64,000 nucleotides of DNA from Candidatus Latescibacterota bacterium (GCA_965198115.1 OZ240241.1:7840001-7904000), one strand, 5' to 3'. Counted from the stretch's first letter, positions 1 to 10,380 are shown. Notes: generated from the sequence alone by a model not told the origin. Made by a program: numbers and translations.

Positions 1-381
1 CTCTGGAATCGCATCCGCCTCTCACCCGACACATTACCCACAGGCGAGCTCCGACTCATTCCGGGTACGATCTTCCAACGCTTCAGTCACGGCGCCTGGG
101 GTTCGAGGACAGCCACAGCCGTTCTCGGAAACGACCCCGACAATCCAGCTCTCCGCATCTACACGCTGACCTACGTGGATGTGAACCGCACGCTGGTCAT
201 CCATTTCAACAGGTCATTCCCCCACGAAATCGAATCGTGGACGGAAACAAGCCGCGGGCGCCGCCCAGAAGCCCCCGAACGTGTCACTCGGGCAACGCGA
301 AAGAAACGCATTCAGCTCGACTATTGGCGGAGACACGATGTGGCGAATACGCACTATCGCACACAGCTAGGGTTGGATTGA
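1..381 (+). CDS. hypothetical protein, 3' part (runs off window start)
   Basis: Frame +1 is open from base 1 to TGA 379-381 (LWNRIRLSPDTLPTGELRLIPG...IQLDYWRRHDVANTHYRTQLGLD). Confidence 0.75.
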   Translation, partial: LWNRIRLSPDTLPTGELRLIPGTIFQRFSHGAWGSRTATAVLGNDPDNPALRIYTLTYVDVNRTLVIHFNRSFPHEIESWTETSRGRRPEAPERVTRATRKKRIQLDYWRRHDVANTHYRTQLGLD

Positions 382-537
382 TCATTGGACCACGATAACG
401 GCGCCCCCGGGCAGAGCCCAGGGCGAGCGAGGCGCATCTTTTCTATTCGAACAAAAGAAAGCGATCCGCTCGTCCCCGTGCTCGGCACGGGGACGCTTTG
501 CCGGTTGTAACAAGGTTTGTTTCATGAGGAGAGGTTC

Positions 538-1391
538 ATGCAATTCGGTGCACACGAATCGATCGCGGGCGGCGTCTTCAACGCCATCACCCGCGGGCAA
601 ACCGCCACGTGCGATACGGTTCAGATCTTCAACAAATCCAACAGCCAGTGGCGTGCGAAAAAGCTGACCAAAGACGAAGTCGACGAGTATCTCGACCGCA
701 TCGAAGACACCGGCGTCACGGTCGCGTGCTCCCACTCCAGTTATCTCATCAACATCGGATCGCCCACAAGGCCCTCGGCACAAAATCCCGGAAATCGCTC
801 CAGGAAGAAGTCGAGCGTTGCAATCTCCTGCAGGTCCCGAACCTGGTTTTCCATCCCGGTTCCCACGTCGGATCCGGCGAAGAACCAAGTATGGATCGCA
901 TCGCGGAAAACTGTAATCAGGTCCTCACCGACGTGGGGGACAACGATGTCACTCTGTGTCTAGAGACCACAGCGGGTCAGGGCACAAACCTCGGCTACAG
1001 CTTCGAACAGATCGCGTATATGTTGGACCGCATCGAAGATCGTGAGCACGTCGGCGTCTGCCTCGACACCTGCCACATCTTCGCTGCCGGCTACCCCATC
1101 ATCGATCCCGGGGACTACGCGAAGACGATCGAACAGTTCGACGACACGATCGGGCTGAACAACCTGAAGATCATCCACGTCAACGACAGCAAGGGCGAAT
1201 TCGGCTCAAGAAAGGACCGCCACGAACACATCGGCGAAGGCCACATCGGCCTCGAAGGCTTCCGCAACTTCGTCAACGACCCAAGGATGAAGGACATCCC
1301 CTTCATCCTCGAAACACCCAAAGAGGATGACCTCCAGGAAGACATCGAGAACCTCAAGAAGCTCCGCGCACTCGTAGAAAAACGCCACTGA
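538..1391 (+). pseudogene. nfo: endonuclease IV (deoxyribonuclease IV), single frameshift near 770 (real or sequencing error)
   Basis: MQFGAHESIAGG, QIF, HSSYLINIGS in one frame; FHPGSH, ETTAGQG, CLDTCHIFAAGY, HVNDSK, DRHEHIGEG, ETP in the next frame. RBS GAGGAG before ATG 538. Confidence 0.9.
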
Positions 1392-1524
1392 GAACAGCGG
1401 AGAACACCAGGTAGATCGCTAACGATCCTCAGTTCTTCGGATGTATCGCCAGGACCTGACTCTTCTTTCTAACCCCTCAGCCCCTGAAACCTCAGTGTGC
1501 TCAGTGTACTCAGTGGCTGCCTTT
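1384..1524. repeat. inverted pair of 9-bp-period intergenic repeats (GCCACTGAG.. / ..CTCAGTGGC)
   Basis: gccactgagaacagcggagaacac at ~1384 and ctcagtgtgctcagtgtactcagtggctgc at ~1491. The same family recurs at ~5514, 7365/7493, 8961 and 12960/13046. Confidence 0.75.
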
Positions 1525-2029
1525 TATGGCTTAACCAAATGTCCGATCCTTTAGAACTCCGTGCACCAGGACGGGTCTTCCCGTTCGTCTTTCTCGTGGC
1601 CGGTGGGATCCTCTTGTTGAACGGTGTCGCGTTACTGGTCGTGCCGTTGCCGGGCAAGGCGCGGTGGTCGCTCGGACCGATCTTTCTGACTCTGGTCGGG
1701 GCGATCGGAATCGCGGCGGCAGTGTGGTCGTTTCGCAAGCAGTTTCAGGTGAGTCGTCTGGTCCAGTTGCTCAATGCCGATTTACCTTCGATCGGAACGG
1801 ACCCTGCCTCTCGCAACGATGCCCTGGCAACGATTCTAGACCGTATGTCGGATATCGTGGAGGCGGCGAAGAGTCATCCGAAGGCGGGCGTGAATCTGCT
1901 GCTGAGGATGGGCGGCCGGGAGGCCGTGATCGAGCGGAGTGCGGCGGGAACGTGGACGCTTCGCGCGGACCTGTCCCACCAGGAAAGAGCACGCGTAGAA
2001 GCTGCCCGTGCATCGATGATCGACGGAGA

Positions 2030-2671
2030 GTCATGACCTCCGGCAAAGCCGGAGGCTTGAAAACTTGTGAACCGCTCAAAGCGGTTGGAAACCAAGCGCC
2101 ACCTAAAGGTGGCGATTACCTGAAAATGTTGAGCTGGTCGAGACGCCGGTCCTCCCGCTCCTGGTTCTGGATATACTCCCGAACCGTCTGTTCATCCTTG
2201 CCAACGGTGGAGACCCAGTAGCCTCTTGCCCAGAAATGCTGCCCGGTGAAGTTCGACCTAACCTACGTCCCAGATAGTTCCGAGCAATGTGAATCGCACT
2301 CTTTCCTTTGATGAACCCTACCGTCTGAGCTACTGAGTGCTTCGGCGGGATCGAAATCAACGTGTGCACATGGTCGGATCGCAGGTGACCCTCTTCCACA
2401 CGGCATTCCTTCTGTGCGGCCAGATCCCGAATCACCTCGCCCAGATAGCGACGAATTTCACCATACAACACTTTTCTACGATACTTCCGAACTCAAACAA
2501 CGTCATACTTGCACTCCCATACCGTGTGACGTAGACTCCTTACGTTGTTCATTAGAGAGCCTTCCTTCCGTGTGCTTTGAGCGGTCCACGGCAAGGGAGG
2601 CTCTTACATATTTCTGGAACTGTCAAACTCTGGGAGTCTCCCCGGCAGAGCCGGGGGCTTACCAAGGTTTA
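2030..2671 (-). mobile_element. IS200/IS605-family element, tnpA only (no tnpB)
   Basis: Subterminal hairpins cctccggcaaagccggagg (~2037) and ccccggcagagccgggg (~2640); no TSD; Y1 transposase inside. Confidence 0.9.
2116..2552 (-). pseudogene. tnpA: IS200 Y1 (HUH) transposase, inactivated
   Basis: SLRHTVWECKYDVV*VRKYRRK (in-frame TGA at a conserved W), DHVH HUH motif, IKGKSA, frameshift near 2260, then FWARGYWVSTVG..REYIQNQ. Confidence 0.9.
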
Positions 2672-2907
2672 GTTAATCTGGTCGGAGGATGAAACGGAGG
2701 AGACGATCGCTGCAACCGAGGCGCTTGCGACGGAGATCTGGCGGTTACCGCCGGACTACGAAATCAGAGCAACGCTGGAGGTGTATCGGAAGGCAGACAG
2801 CTGAGCAGGCGTGTCGACAGCATCGCAACCTTCTGCGGCGTCGTTCCGCCGGAAAGTGAATGCCACGCCTGCTCGGACATTGGCCTAGTTTCTCCCCTGC
2901 CCCCTGC

Positions 2908-3486
2908 TCAATCCCAGGGCAGCGCCCCCGTCACCACCGCCTTCCTCATGTTCCCCAACCACGCCCGCCAGAACCAGTTCGTCTTGCTTCCCGCCGGTAG
3001 ATACGCGGGATCGATTTTATAGGCCTTGCCTCGCTCGATGTCTTCCTTCAGATAGCCCTCGACCGCCGAGAACGGAATCCACGCGAAGTTGCTTCGTTCG
3101 AGATAGGCGTCCGACTGTTCCGGCGGCGGATGATTCATCACGACCTGCGCCGGCACGAATTCGACCTCGGCAAAGTAGGCCGCAAATTCTCCATCGATTA
3201 CCGGCTTCTGCCCCTCGATCTTCGCCAGCAGATCAGCGCGCTTGAAGTAGCCTCGCGACTCCTCTTCCCCCTTGTGCGCCGCCGTCTGGGCAAGCGTTTC
3301 ACCTTCCCGCGCCCCTCCACCGAAACCCGCCCAGCCGCGCTGGCTGAAGTTGCCGTGCTCGGCCAGGAGGAGATACACCTCTCCCTCGCTCTGGAAGTAC
3401 AGCTGTACGCCTGCCGGCGGCTCGGCCACGGCTCGAGTATAACAGAAACACATGGTGAGCAACGTGAGAACTATCGATCTCTTCAT
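2908..3486 (-). CDS. secreted Nudix-fold protein with degenerate Nudix box
   Basis: N-terminal signal peptide (MKRSIVLTLLTMCFCYTRAVA). WAGFGGGAREGETLAQTAAHKGEEESRG matches Gx5Ex7REUxEExG with RE replaced by HK. Confidence 0.7.
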   Translation of the reverse strand: MKRSIVLTLLTMCFCYTRAVAEPPAGVQLYFQSEGEVYLLLAEHGNFSQRGWAGFGGGAREGETLAQTAAHKGEEESRGYFKRADLLAKIEGQKPVIDGEFAAYFAEVEFVPAQVVMNHPPPEQSDAYLERSNFAWIPFSAVEGYLKEDIERGKAYKIDPAYLPAGSKTNWFWRAWLGNMRKAVVTGALPWD

Positions 3487-3654
3487 ATCGATTCCTTCCC
3501 GGTAAGGGGTTGTCGTCAGCTGTTTGGCATCCCACCATACGGATACCCCAAAGGGATCGCAAAGCCGATCGCACGAAGCGTTTCCGCCCGCCCTGGTAAT
3601 GCACTGTGGCGAACAGGATTATGGGTTTTATGTAACAGATGCGCGTCGGTCAAT

Positions 3655-3790
3655 TCGAGCCCCTCGACCGCGCTCGGGACAGGCTCGGTCGAGAACTCGC
3701 CCCTTCCGACCAGGAGTCCGGCGGGTTTTTCCTGTGCAGGGATCTCTCACCGGGCCTGGTATATCGCTAGACCGGTTCGAGATAACAGAC
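3655..3790. repeat. cluster of REP-like palindromic elements
   Basis: cccctcgaccgcgctcgggacagg and gggatctctcaccgg...accggttcgagataac. The second recurs at 5412-5461, with related units at ~18904 and ~59530. Confidence 0.65.
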
Positions 3791-3932
3791 GGGCGCTAGC
3801 CTAGAAACGACAAGACCCGATTGCCCAACACGCCCGCTCCCGCTATACTGCCGGACGCGCAACGCGGCCGGGGTCCATTCACGTGCCTCGGCCTTCCACA
3901 GCATCGAGCTCAACCGAGCAGGAGAGAATGGC

Positions 3933-5117
3933 ATGACGCCACCATCAGGTGATCTATCAAGCGAGTCGATCCAGCCCAAGATTGACGACATCCAGGTCAT
4001 GATCTTGCAGGGGCCGGCGCGCAGCTACACGCTGGTCAAGATCGTTGCAGACGACGGCATCTACGGGATCGGCGAAGCCTACGGCAGTCCGGGCGTCGGC
4101 GTGAAGGAGCAGATCGAAGCCATCAAGCCGACGCTCATCGGAAAGAATCCGCTGGAAATCGACGCGCTCTACACCGGGATGGGCACACGCACGGATGGCT
4201 CGGCGCACGCATTGATGCGCGCCGCCAGCGGCATCGAGATGGCGCTGTGGGACCTGGCCGGCAAGATCCTGGGTGTGCCCTCGACGGTGCTGCTGGGCGG
4301 CAAGTTCCGCGACAAAGTTCGCGTCTACGATCACTCGAGCCCGCGCGACATGCTCGACCCCGCCGCGTGCCGCGAGTGGGCACAGAAGGTCAACGAAGAT
4401 CCGAGCGGATTCACGTGCCACAAGTTCGGCTTCCCCCACACGACGCCCGACACCGACAGCGCACGCGATCTCGCCAACCGGGTGCTCACCAGCAAAGAAT
4501 TGCGTCAGATCGAGGAAGGTTTCGCGAACTGTCGCGAGGCGATCGGCTGGGACCACGACATCATGGTCCACTGCCACTGGGAATACGACACGCGCACCGC
4601 GATCCAGATCGCCGAAGCCGTCGCCCCGATGAAGCCGTTCTGGTTTGAAGATGGGATGATCGTGAACTACACGGAGAGCTGGAAACGTCTGACCGCCAGC
4701 TCACCCGTACCGATCTGCACAGGCGAGAACCTGTGGCGACGGCAGGAGTTCGCGGATTTCATCGTCCATCAAGGGTGCGACATCCTCCATCCGGACCTGC
4801 GCAACAGCGGCGGCTTCCTGGAGAACAAGCGCATCGCTGACTTGGCCGAAGTATGGGGGCTGCCCATGGCGACCCACAACACTGGCAGCCAACTCAACAC
4901 CTGGGCGACCTGCCAGTGGGCGGGATCGATTCGCGACTTCCTCTTGTGCGAAACCGTCACCGGCAAAGGCGGCTGGATGGACGACGTGCTGATTCTCGAC
5001 GGACCCTACATCGAGAACGGCCACCTGCGGATCACGGAGAAACCGGGCCTCGGCGTCGACCTGAATCCGGATGTGGTCCAGGCCCATCTGGCAGAGGGGG
5101 AAAGCTGGTGGGGGTAA
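3933..5117 (+). CDS. mandelate racemase/muconate lactonizing (enolase superfamily) enzyme
   Basis: GIEMALWDLAGKILGVP..LLGGKFRDKVRVY, WFED, ICTGEN, HPDLRNSGG, PGLGVDLN; RBS GGAGAG. Confidence 0.92.
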   Translation: MTPPSGDLSSESIQPKIDDIQVMILQGPARSYTLVKIVADDGIYGIGEAYGSPGVGVKEQIEAIKPTLIGKNPLEIDALYTGMGTRTDGSAHALMRAASGIEMALWDLAGKILGVPSTVLLGGKFRDKVRVYDHSSPRDMLDPAACREWAQKVNEDPSGFTCHKFGFPHTTPDTDSARDLANRVLTSKELRQIEEGFANCREAIGWDHDIMVHCHWEYDTRTAIQIAEAVAPMKPFWFEDGMIVNYTESWKRLTASSPVPICTGENLWRRQEFADFIVHQGCDILHPDLRNSGGFLENKRIADLAEVWGLPMATHNTGSQLNTWATCQWAGSIRDFLLCETVTGKGGWMDDVLILDGPYIENGHLRITEKPGLGVDLNPDVVQAHLAEGESWWG

Positions 5118-5260
5118 GGCAAGAACCTGGAAGATTGAACGTTTGATCGAGGATCGAGAATTGGGGGTCGGATGGAGCGATCACGCAAGTAGAGACACAC
5201 GAGTTTCGTCCAACTTTCCGGAGCTATGGTGGAGGCGAGTCTACTCGGAGATTTGGGGCC

Positions 5261-5300
5261 TTCAAGTTAATTTTCCGATCGATCGGAAAATTAACTTGAA
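5261..5300. repeat. perfect 40-bp AT-rich palindrome without spacer
   Basis: TTCAAGTTAATTTTCCGATC is followed immediately by its exact reverse complement GATCGGAAAATTAACTTGAA. Confidence 0.95.
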
Positions 5301-5632
5301 ATGCTCTCGGACAGTCGGCGGAAGCCCTTCTGGCTACTTCTGGGCAGGCTTTTTGCGCAGGGATCCCTGTGGCCTTCGGCGACAAGGACCCGGGCGAACC
5401 CTTGTCGCGAAGGGATCTCTCACCGGATCGATTGGCGAGCGCGTGACCGGTTCGAGATGACGGCGGGCGTGGTGTTTCGCATCCGTACAGGTTGGCGTAT
5501 CGATCCTGCCCCTCCTCGGTAGTCTCTGTGTCCTCAGTGGCTGTCTTGGTCGCGGGGTTCCACTCCCCCCACCACTTGGCTATCTTCTCCCATCCCGCGA
5601 AACATTCCCTCGCAACAACGGAGATATCCAAC

Positions 5633-7357
5633 GTGCGCAAAGTCCTGCTCTTGCTCCTCTGCACCCTGCTCCTCTGCACCCCTGCTCCGCTCTTCGCCTG
5701 CGGCGGCTTCTTCTGCTCGATCTTCCCCGTCAACCAGGTCAGCGAGTCGATCCTCTTCGTCAAGGGCGAAGGGACGATCACGACGCACGTGCAGATTCAG
5801 TACACGGGGGAAGCCGAAGACTTCGCGTGGGTGCTTCCGGCCCCGTCTCTTCCCTCGCTGGACGTCAGTCACAACCTGATTTTCCAGCAGCTCCAGTTCG
5901 CCACACAGCCCTTCTTTCAGCTCGACTTCGAAGAAGACAGCGAGTGCTTCTTCTTTCCTCCGTTCGTCCGCTTTCTTGACGCTGAGGTCGCCGCTTCGTC
6001 CGACGTCGAGGTCATTTCAGAAGATCAGGTCGGTCCCTACAACACCGCCATCATCACGAGCGACGACCCCGATGCCGTCGTCACGTGGCTTCGCGACAAC
6101 GACTACGACGTCTCGGGTCTGGGTGCCAGCCTCATCGCCCCTTACGTTCAGGAGGGATTTTACTTCGTCGCCCTGCGCCTCGCGAAGGATAAAGACACCG
6201 GCGACATCCAGCCTCTCGCTCTCACCTACGAGGCCGAGATGCCGGGCATCCCCATCCGCCTCACCGCCGTCGCGACCGAAGCGGATCTGGGCGTCACCGC
6301 CTGGGTCCTCGGACAGAACCGCGCGATTCCTGACAACTATCTGCACATGGAGATCAACGAAGCTCGGATCGACTGGCTGAACGGGGGGTTCAACTACGCG
6401 GAAGTCGTGACGGAGGCTGTCAACGATGCGGGGGGAAATGCGTTCACGACCGATTACGCCGGGTCGTCGGACATTATGCTCGATCGCATCTACCGTGAAG
6501 GGCAATACGACCTGATCTCACTACGCTCGACCATCGATCCGGCCGAGTACCTCGACGCACTACTGCGTCAGGGCTTCCCGCGCGACAACCAGATGCAATC
6601 CCTCATCCGTCGACACATCCCGCTCCCTCAGGCAGTGATCGACGAAGGGGCCCTGCAGGTCCTCTACCGCGGCGACGTCGAAGCGATGGAACGTGATCGT
6701 GAAAACGGGACGCTTCTCGCGAACATCGAGCAATCGTTCTACAACGACATCAGCGCCTACGCCGAATGGACGGGCGATCTGATATTCGATCCCAACGCCT
6801 TCACCGACGATGTCGACGCGGTCATCGTCACACCGCTGCAGGAAGCCCAGGACGTGTTCGACGGCACGCCCTACCTCACGCGTCTGTTCACAACGTTGTC
6901 GGCCGACGAGATGACTCTCGACCCGATGTTCAATTTCAATCCCGACCTCGAAGACGTCGACAACGTTCGTCGAGCCACGGCACGGTGCGAATGTCCCGAA
7001 GGCGTCCCGCCGGAAGAGGTCAACCCGGAGGACAAAGTTCTGGTCATCACCCTGTCCGACGGCCGCGAGATCCGTATCCAGGGCCAACCCGGCCCCATCC
7101 CGCTTCCTTTCGAACCCCCATTCCTGCCCTCGGCCTCCGTCGTCCAGCGTCTCAACACGTCAGGTCCTCCCGAAACGGTTCAGACCCTCACCGCCATCAC
7201 ATCCGACTTCAATGACGACGGCGCCACGACGATCGACGACCTCCCCGACTTCGCCAACGCCTTCGGCAAAGCGTCGCCGAGATTCGACCTGGACAACGAT
7301 GGGATGATTGGCTTCGGGGATCTGTTGATCTTCGCGAGAGCTATCGGAGAAGGATAG
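5633..7357 (+). CDS. DUF2330-family secreted protein with C-terminal dockerin/EF-hand-like repeats
   Basis: GTG 5633 after GGAG; signal peptide then ACGGFFC, VQIQYTGEAEDFAWVLP, IPIRLTAVA, YLTRLFTTLSADEMTLDPMF; C-terminal DFNDDGATTIDD and DLDNDGMIGFGDL. Confidence 0.85.
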   Translation: MRKVLLLLLCTLLLCTPAPLFACGGFFCSIFPVNQVSESILFVKGEGTITTHVQIQYTGEAEDFAWVLPAPSLPSLDVSHNLIFQQLQFATQPFFQLDFEEDSECFFFPPFVRFLDAEVAASSDVEVISEDQVGPYNTAIITSDDPDAVVTWLRDNDYDVSGLGASLIAPYVQEGFYFVALRLAKDKDTGDIQPLALTYEAEMPGIPIRLTAVATEADLGVTAWVLGQNRAIPDNYLHMEINEARIDWLNGGFNYAEVVTEAVNDAGGNAFTTDYAGSSDIMLDRIYREGQYDLISLRSTIDPAEYLDALLRQGFPRDNQMQSLIRRHIPLPQAVIDEGALQVLYRGDVEAMERDRENGTLLANIEQSFYNDISAYAEWTGDLIFDPNAFTDDVDAVIVTPLQEAQDVFDGTPYLTRLFTTLSADEMTLDPMFNFNPDLEDVDNVRRATARCECPEGVPPEEVNPEDKVLVITLSDGREIRIQGQPGPIPLPFEPPFLPSASVVQRLNTSGPPETVQTLTAITSDFNDDGATTIDDLPDFANAFGKASPRFDLDNDGMIGFGDLLIFARAIGEG

Positions 7358-7430
7358 AAGAAGCGCCATTGAGAGCACTGAGGACACTGAGTTTTTGCGG
7401 GGTCTACAGGAGGAAGTTCGGAGATCCATC

Positions 7431-7458
7431 GTAGGGCCACGGCTTGCCGTGGCCCTAC
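7431..7458. repeat. GTAG-type REP hairpin (second copy at 8831-8856)
   Basis: gtagggccacggcttgccgtggccctac. A near-identical copy, taggccacggcgtgccgtggccctac, lies on the other side of the sulfatase gene. Confidence 0.8.
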
Positions 7459-7524
7459 CCTTGTACGTGCCGCGTTTCAACTTACCAGGTTTTCTCAGTG
7501 CACTCTGTGTGCTCAGTGGCTGTC

Positions 7525-8818
7525 TTAGTCTTCCGGGATAATCCTGATCGCAGGATCTTCGGTGCGTTCGCACCAGGCGCGGAGGCGGTTGCGGCACCAG
7601 GAGAGGTCACTGGCGTGGCGGGATTCGACGGCGAGGTTCACCATCTCGCCCGGGTCTGTGCACAGATCGACGAGTTGCTCACGGTGACGTCCCATTGCGT
7701 AGACGGAATACTTGTATGAATCGGTAACGAGTGATCGTGCGTGGGAGGGACCGCCGGGGCCGGTTCCGAAGTTGATTTCCGTTTCGATCACGAGTTCGTC
7801 CCGCCAACCGGCGTCATCGCCTCCCTCCACAAGCGGACGGACGCTCAACCCGTCGCGGCCGCTCGGGCATTCGGCCCCCGCGTAGTCGCACACGGTCGGC
7901 AGGATGTCCAGACCGTTCGAGATCAGATGCGCATCATCGATGCGCCCGCCTTCCTGACCGGGCGCCGACACGATCATCGGGATTCGGACTTCCTCTTCCC
8001 ACAGCGCTGTCTTCTGATTCCACTGGTGAGCCCCGTGACCGTCGCCGTGGTCGCTCGTGAAGATCACGACCGTGTCGTCCGCCTTCCCCGAAGCATCCAG
8101 CGCGTCGAGCAATCGCACAATCTCCGCATCGACTTTCTCGCAGACCCGGAAATACTGATGTCGCAGCCACCGCCATTCGTCCTCGTTCCATCCAATGTCG
8201 AATAGACGCGGGGCGACGCTCGCCGCAGCCACTGCAGCACGTCCGGCGCGAACGGCGGGATCGCAAAGTTCGCAGGGAGACCAGGGCAGTCTTCGAGCAA
8301 TGAAGGCTGAGGGACGGGCCCCTGAGGCAACGTCTGGTTCCGCGCGATCTGGCAGATGTCGTGCGGGTTGATGAACAACGCGAACAGGAAAAACGGCCGA
8401 TCACGTCGGAGGTCATAAACTCGGCCTCCGCACCCGGAATGGCATCGTCCCGACGTTCGCACAGAGGATCGAGCCCGCAGTCGGCAGGCGACGTGCCGGG
8501 CACGTGCCACTTGCCGGCCAGGGCGGCATCGTAACCGGCACCGCGCAGCACATTTCCGATCGCCTCCGGAACGAGCGCTTCATCGATGGGCGTGCCGTTG
8601 CTCGTGACCCCGGTCTGATGCGGCATCAAACCGGTCACGTAACTCGACCGCTCCGGCGCACAAAGCGGATGCGCGCAATACGCCCGCTCGAACCGCGTGC
8701 CCATCTCCGCGATCCGATCCATCCCCGGCGTCGACAGCTCGTCGTTGCCCGCGCAGCTCATCGCCCCAGCGAACTGCTGGTCCGTCGAGATGAACAGAAT
8801 GTTCGATTTGTCAGCCAT
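7525..8818 (-). pseudogene. sulfatase (choline-sulfatase-like), split by two frameshifts
   Basis: NILFISTDQQ, CAPERSS (CxPxR) and GKWH in ORF 7934..8818; PFFLFALFINPHDIC in the next frame; FTSDHGDG..QKTALWEE in ORF 7525..8232. Confidence 0.88.
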
Positions 8819-8996
8819 TCTTGCTCCTCATAGGCCACGGCGTGCCGTGGCCCTACCCTTCACCGTCCACTGTCATGGATCGAATTCGTAGATGTTACCG
8901 GACCCTTTCCGTACCTCCGGCTCCATCCCCACCAGGGCCTCGATCCTCCATCCTACCGTCCTCTCAGTGTCCTCAGTGTGCTCAGTGGCTGCTTTT

Positions 8997-10370
8997 GAGC
9001 TATAATCAAAAGGTGTGGAAAAAGAGAAAGGGCGACCCTACCCTTCCCGTGAGATAGTTGATTCACACAAAACCGGGTGAGAGGCCCGGTTGGGAAGGAG
9101 GATCGCCGTGAAGGAACATACGCATAGAGCCCCATTGAAGTCCATGCCGACGTGGGAGACGGTTGACGATTGGATCCGTGAAGAGATCCAGGGCCGGTTC
9201 CAGTCCATTCTGGAGGAGGAGGCGACCGCGTTCTTGGGCCGGTCGTGGTATGAGCGCCGAGCCGAGGTCGATAGCTCCAGGGGCTACAGGAACGGCTACG
9301 GCAAGCCCCGGCGTCTCTCGACGAGCTGCGGAACGATCAAGGTCCGGCGTCCCCGGGTTCGTGGTCTGGAAGAGCGGTTTGAAAGCCGCATCCTCCCCCT
9401 GTTCGCCCGGAGAACCAGGGCCATTGGAGATCTGCTTCCCGACCTTTATCTCCACGGTCTCTCCCAGGGCGACTTCGAGTTGTCTTTGCGTGCGCTGCTC
9501 GGTGATGGCGCGCCGCTTTCGCCGACCTCGATCGCTCGTCTTCGAGGGAAGTGGGAGGTCGACTTCCAGGACTGGAAAGAAAGGCGTCTGGATAATCGCG
9601 AACTGGTCTACGCCTGGGCTGATGGCATCTACGTCAAAGCCGGGCTCGAGCGCGAGAAGGCGTGTCTGCTGGTCGTGATCGGCGCGATGAGCGACGGCAG
9701 CAAGGAGATCCTGGCGATAGAACCCGGTTATCGAGAGTCTACAGAATCCTGGCTCACGGTGCTCCGGGATCTCCGGGATCGCGGGCTCGAACATCCTGTC
9801 CTGATCGCCGCGGACGGGAATATGGGCATCTGGGCGGCCGTTGATCAGGTCTGGCCAGAGAGCCGGCAACAACGGTGCTGGAACCACAAGATCCTCAACG
9901 TGCTCGACAAGGTCGCCAAGCGTGCACAGGCTGAAGCCCGCGCACTGCTCGTCCAGATCCCCTATGCCGGCACGAAAAAGGAGGCCGAGAAGCTCCGGAA
10001 ACGCTTTGCCGCACGGTATCGCTCACAGTTCCCTGCCGCCGTGGAGACGCTCGAAAGAAACTGGGATCGGATGGTCACGTTCTACGACTTCCCGAAGGAA
10101 CACTGGAAACACCTGAGAACCACGAACGTCGTCGAGAGCCCCTTTGCTTCCGTTCGGCTTCGCACAAACGCCGCCAGGCGATTCAAGAAAGTCAGGAACG
10201 CCACGACTCTCATCTGGCGTACGCTCAAGGTCGCAGAGAGCCGATTCAGGAAACTCACCGCGCCACACTTGCTACAACAAGTCTACGATCAGAAACACTC
10301 AACCGGACCGCAGGTCGAAGCCGGGAAGATGGCCGCCTGATTTCTTTTACACACCTATTGACCTGAGCTC
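8997..10370 (+). mobile_element. IS256-family element, copy 1 (1374 bp)
   Basis: Imperfect IRs gagctataatcaaaaggtgtg / cacacctattgacctgagctc; 8-bp TSD CTGCTTTT (8989-8996, 10371-10378). Confidence 0.95.
9090..10340 (+). CDS. IS256-family transposase
   Basis: YRNGY, WADGIYVK, ADG, QRCWNHK, RTTNVVESPF motifs. Confidence 0.95.
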   Translation: MGRRIAVKEHTHRAPLKSMPTWETVDDWIREEIQGRFQSILEEEATAFLGRSWYERRAEVDSSRGYRNGYGKPRRLSTSCGTIKVRRPRVRGLEERFESRILPLFARRTRAIGDLLPDLYLHGLSQGDFELSLRALLGDGAPLSPTSIARLRGKWEVDFQDWKERRLDNRELVYAWADGIYVKAGLEREKACLLVVIGAMSDGSKEILAIEPGYRESTESWLTVLRDLRDRGLEHPVLIAADGNMGIWAAVDQVWPESRQQRCWNHKILNVLDKVAKRAQAEARALLVQIPYAGTKKEAEKLRKRFAARYRSQFPAAVETLERNWDRMVTFYDFPKEHWKHLRTTNVVESPFASVRLRTNAARRFKKVRNATTLIWRTLKVAESRFRKLTAPHLLQQVYDQKHSTGPQVEAGKMAA

Positions 10371-10380
10371 CTGCTTTTTT

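Larger units (their letters stand above)
1539..2804 (+). pseudogene. membrane protein gene interrupted by IS200-family element
   Basis: Two TM helices in ORF 1497..2036. Removing 2030-2671 restores the frame ...IDGELIWSEDETEETIAATEALATEIWRLPPDYEIRATLEVYRKADS* ending at 2804. Confidence 0.7.

Noticed and set aside
2030-2900. TnpB/IscB or omegaRNA associated with the IS200 element
   Set aside because: The element is only ~640 bp with tnpA. The sequence beyond it is the host gene tail.
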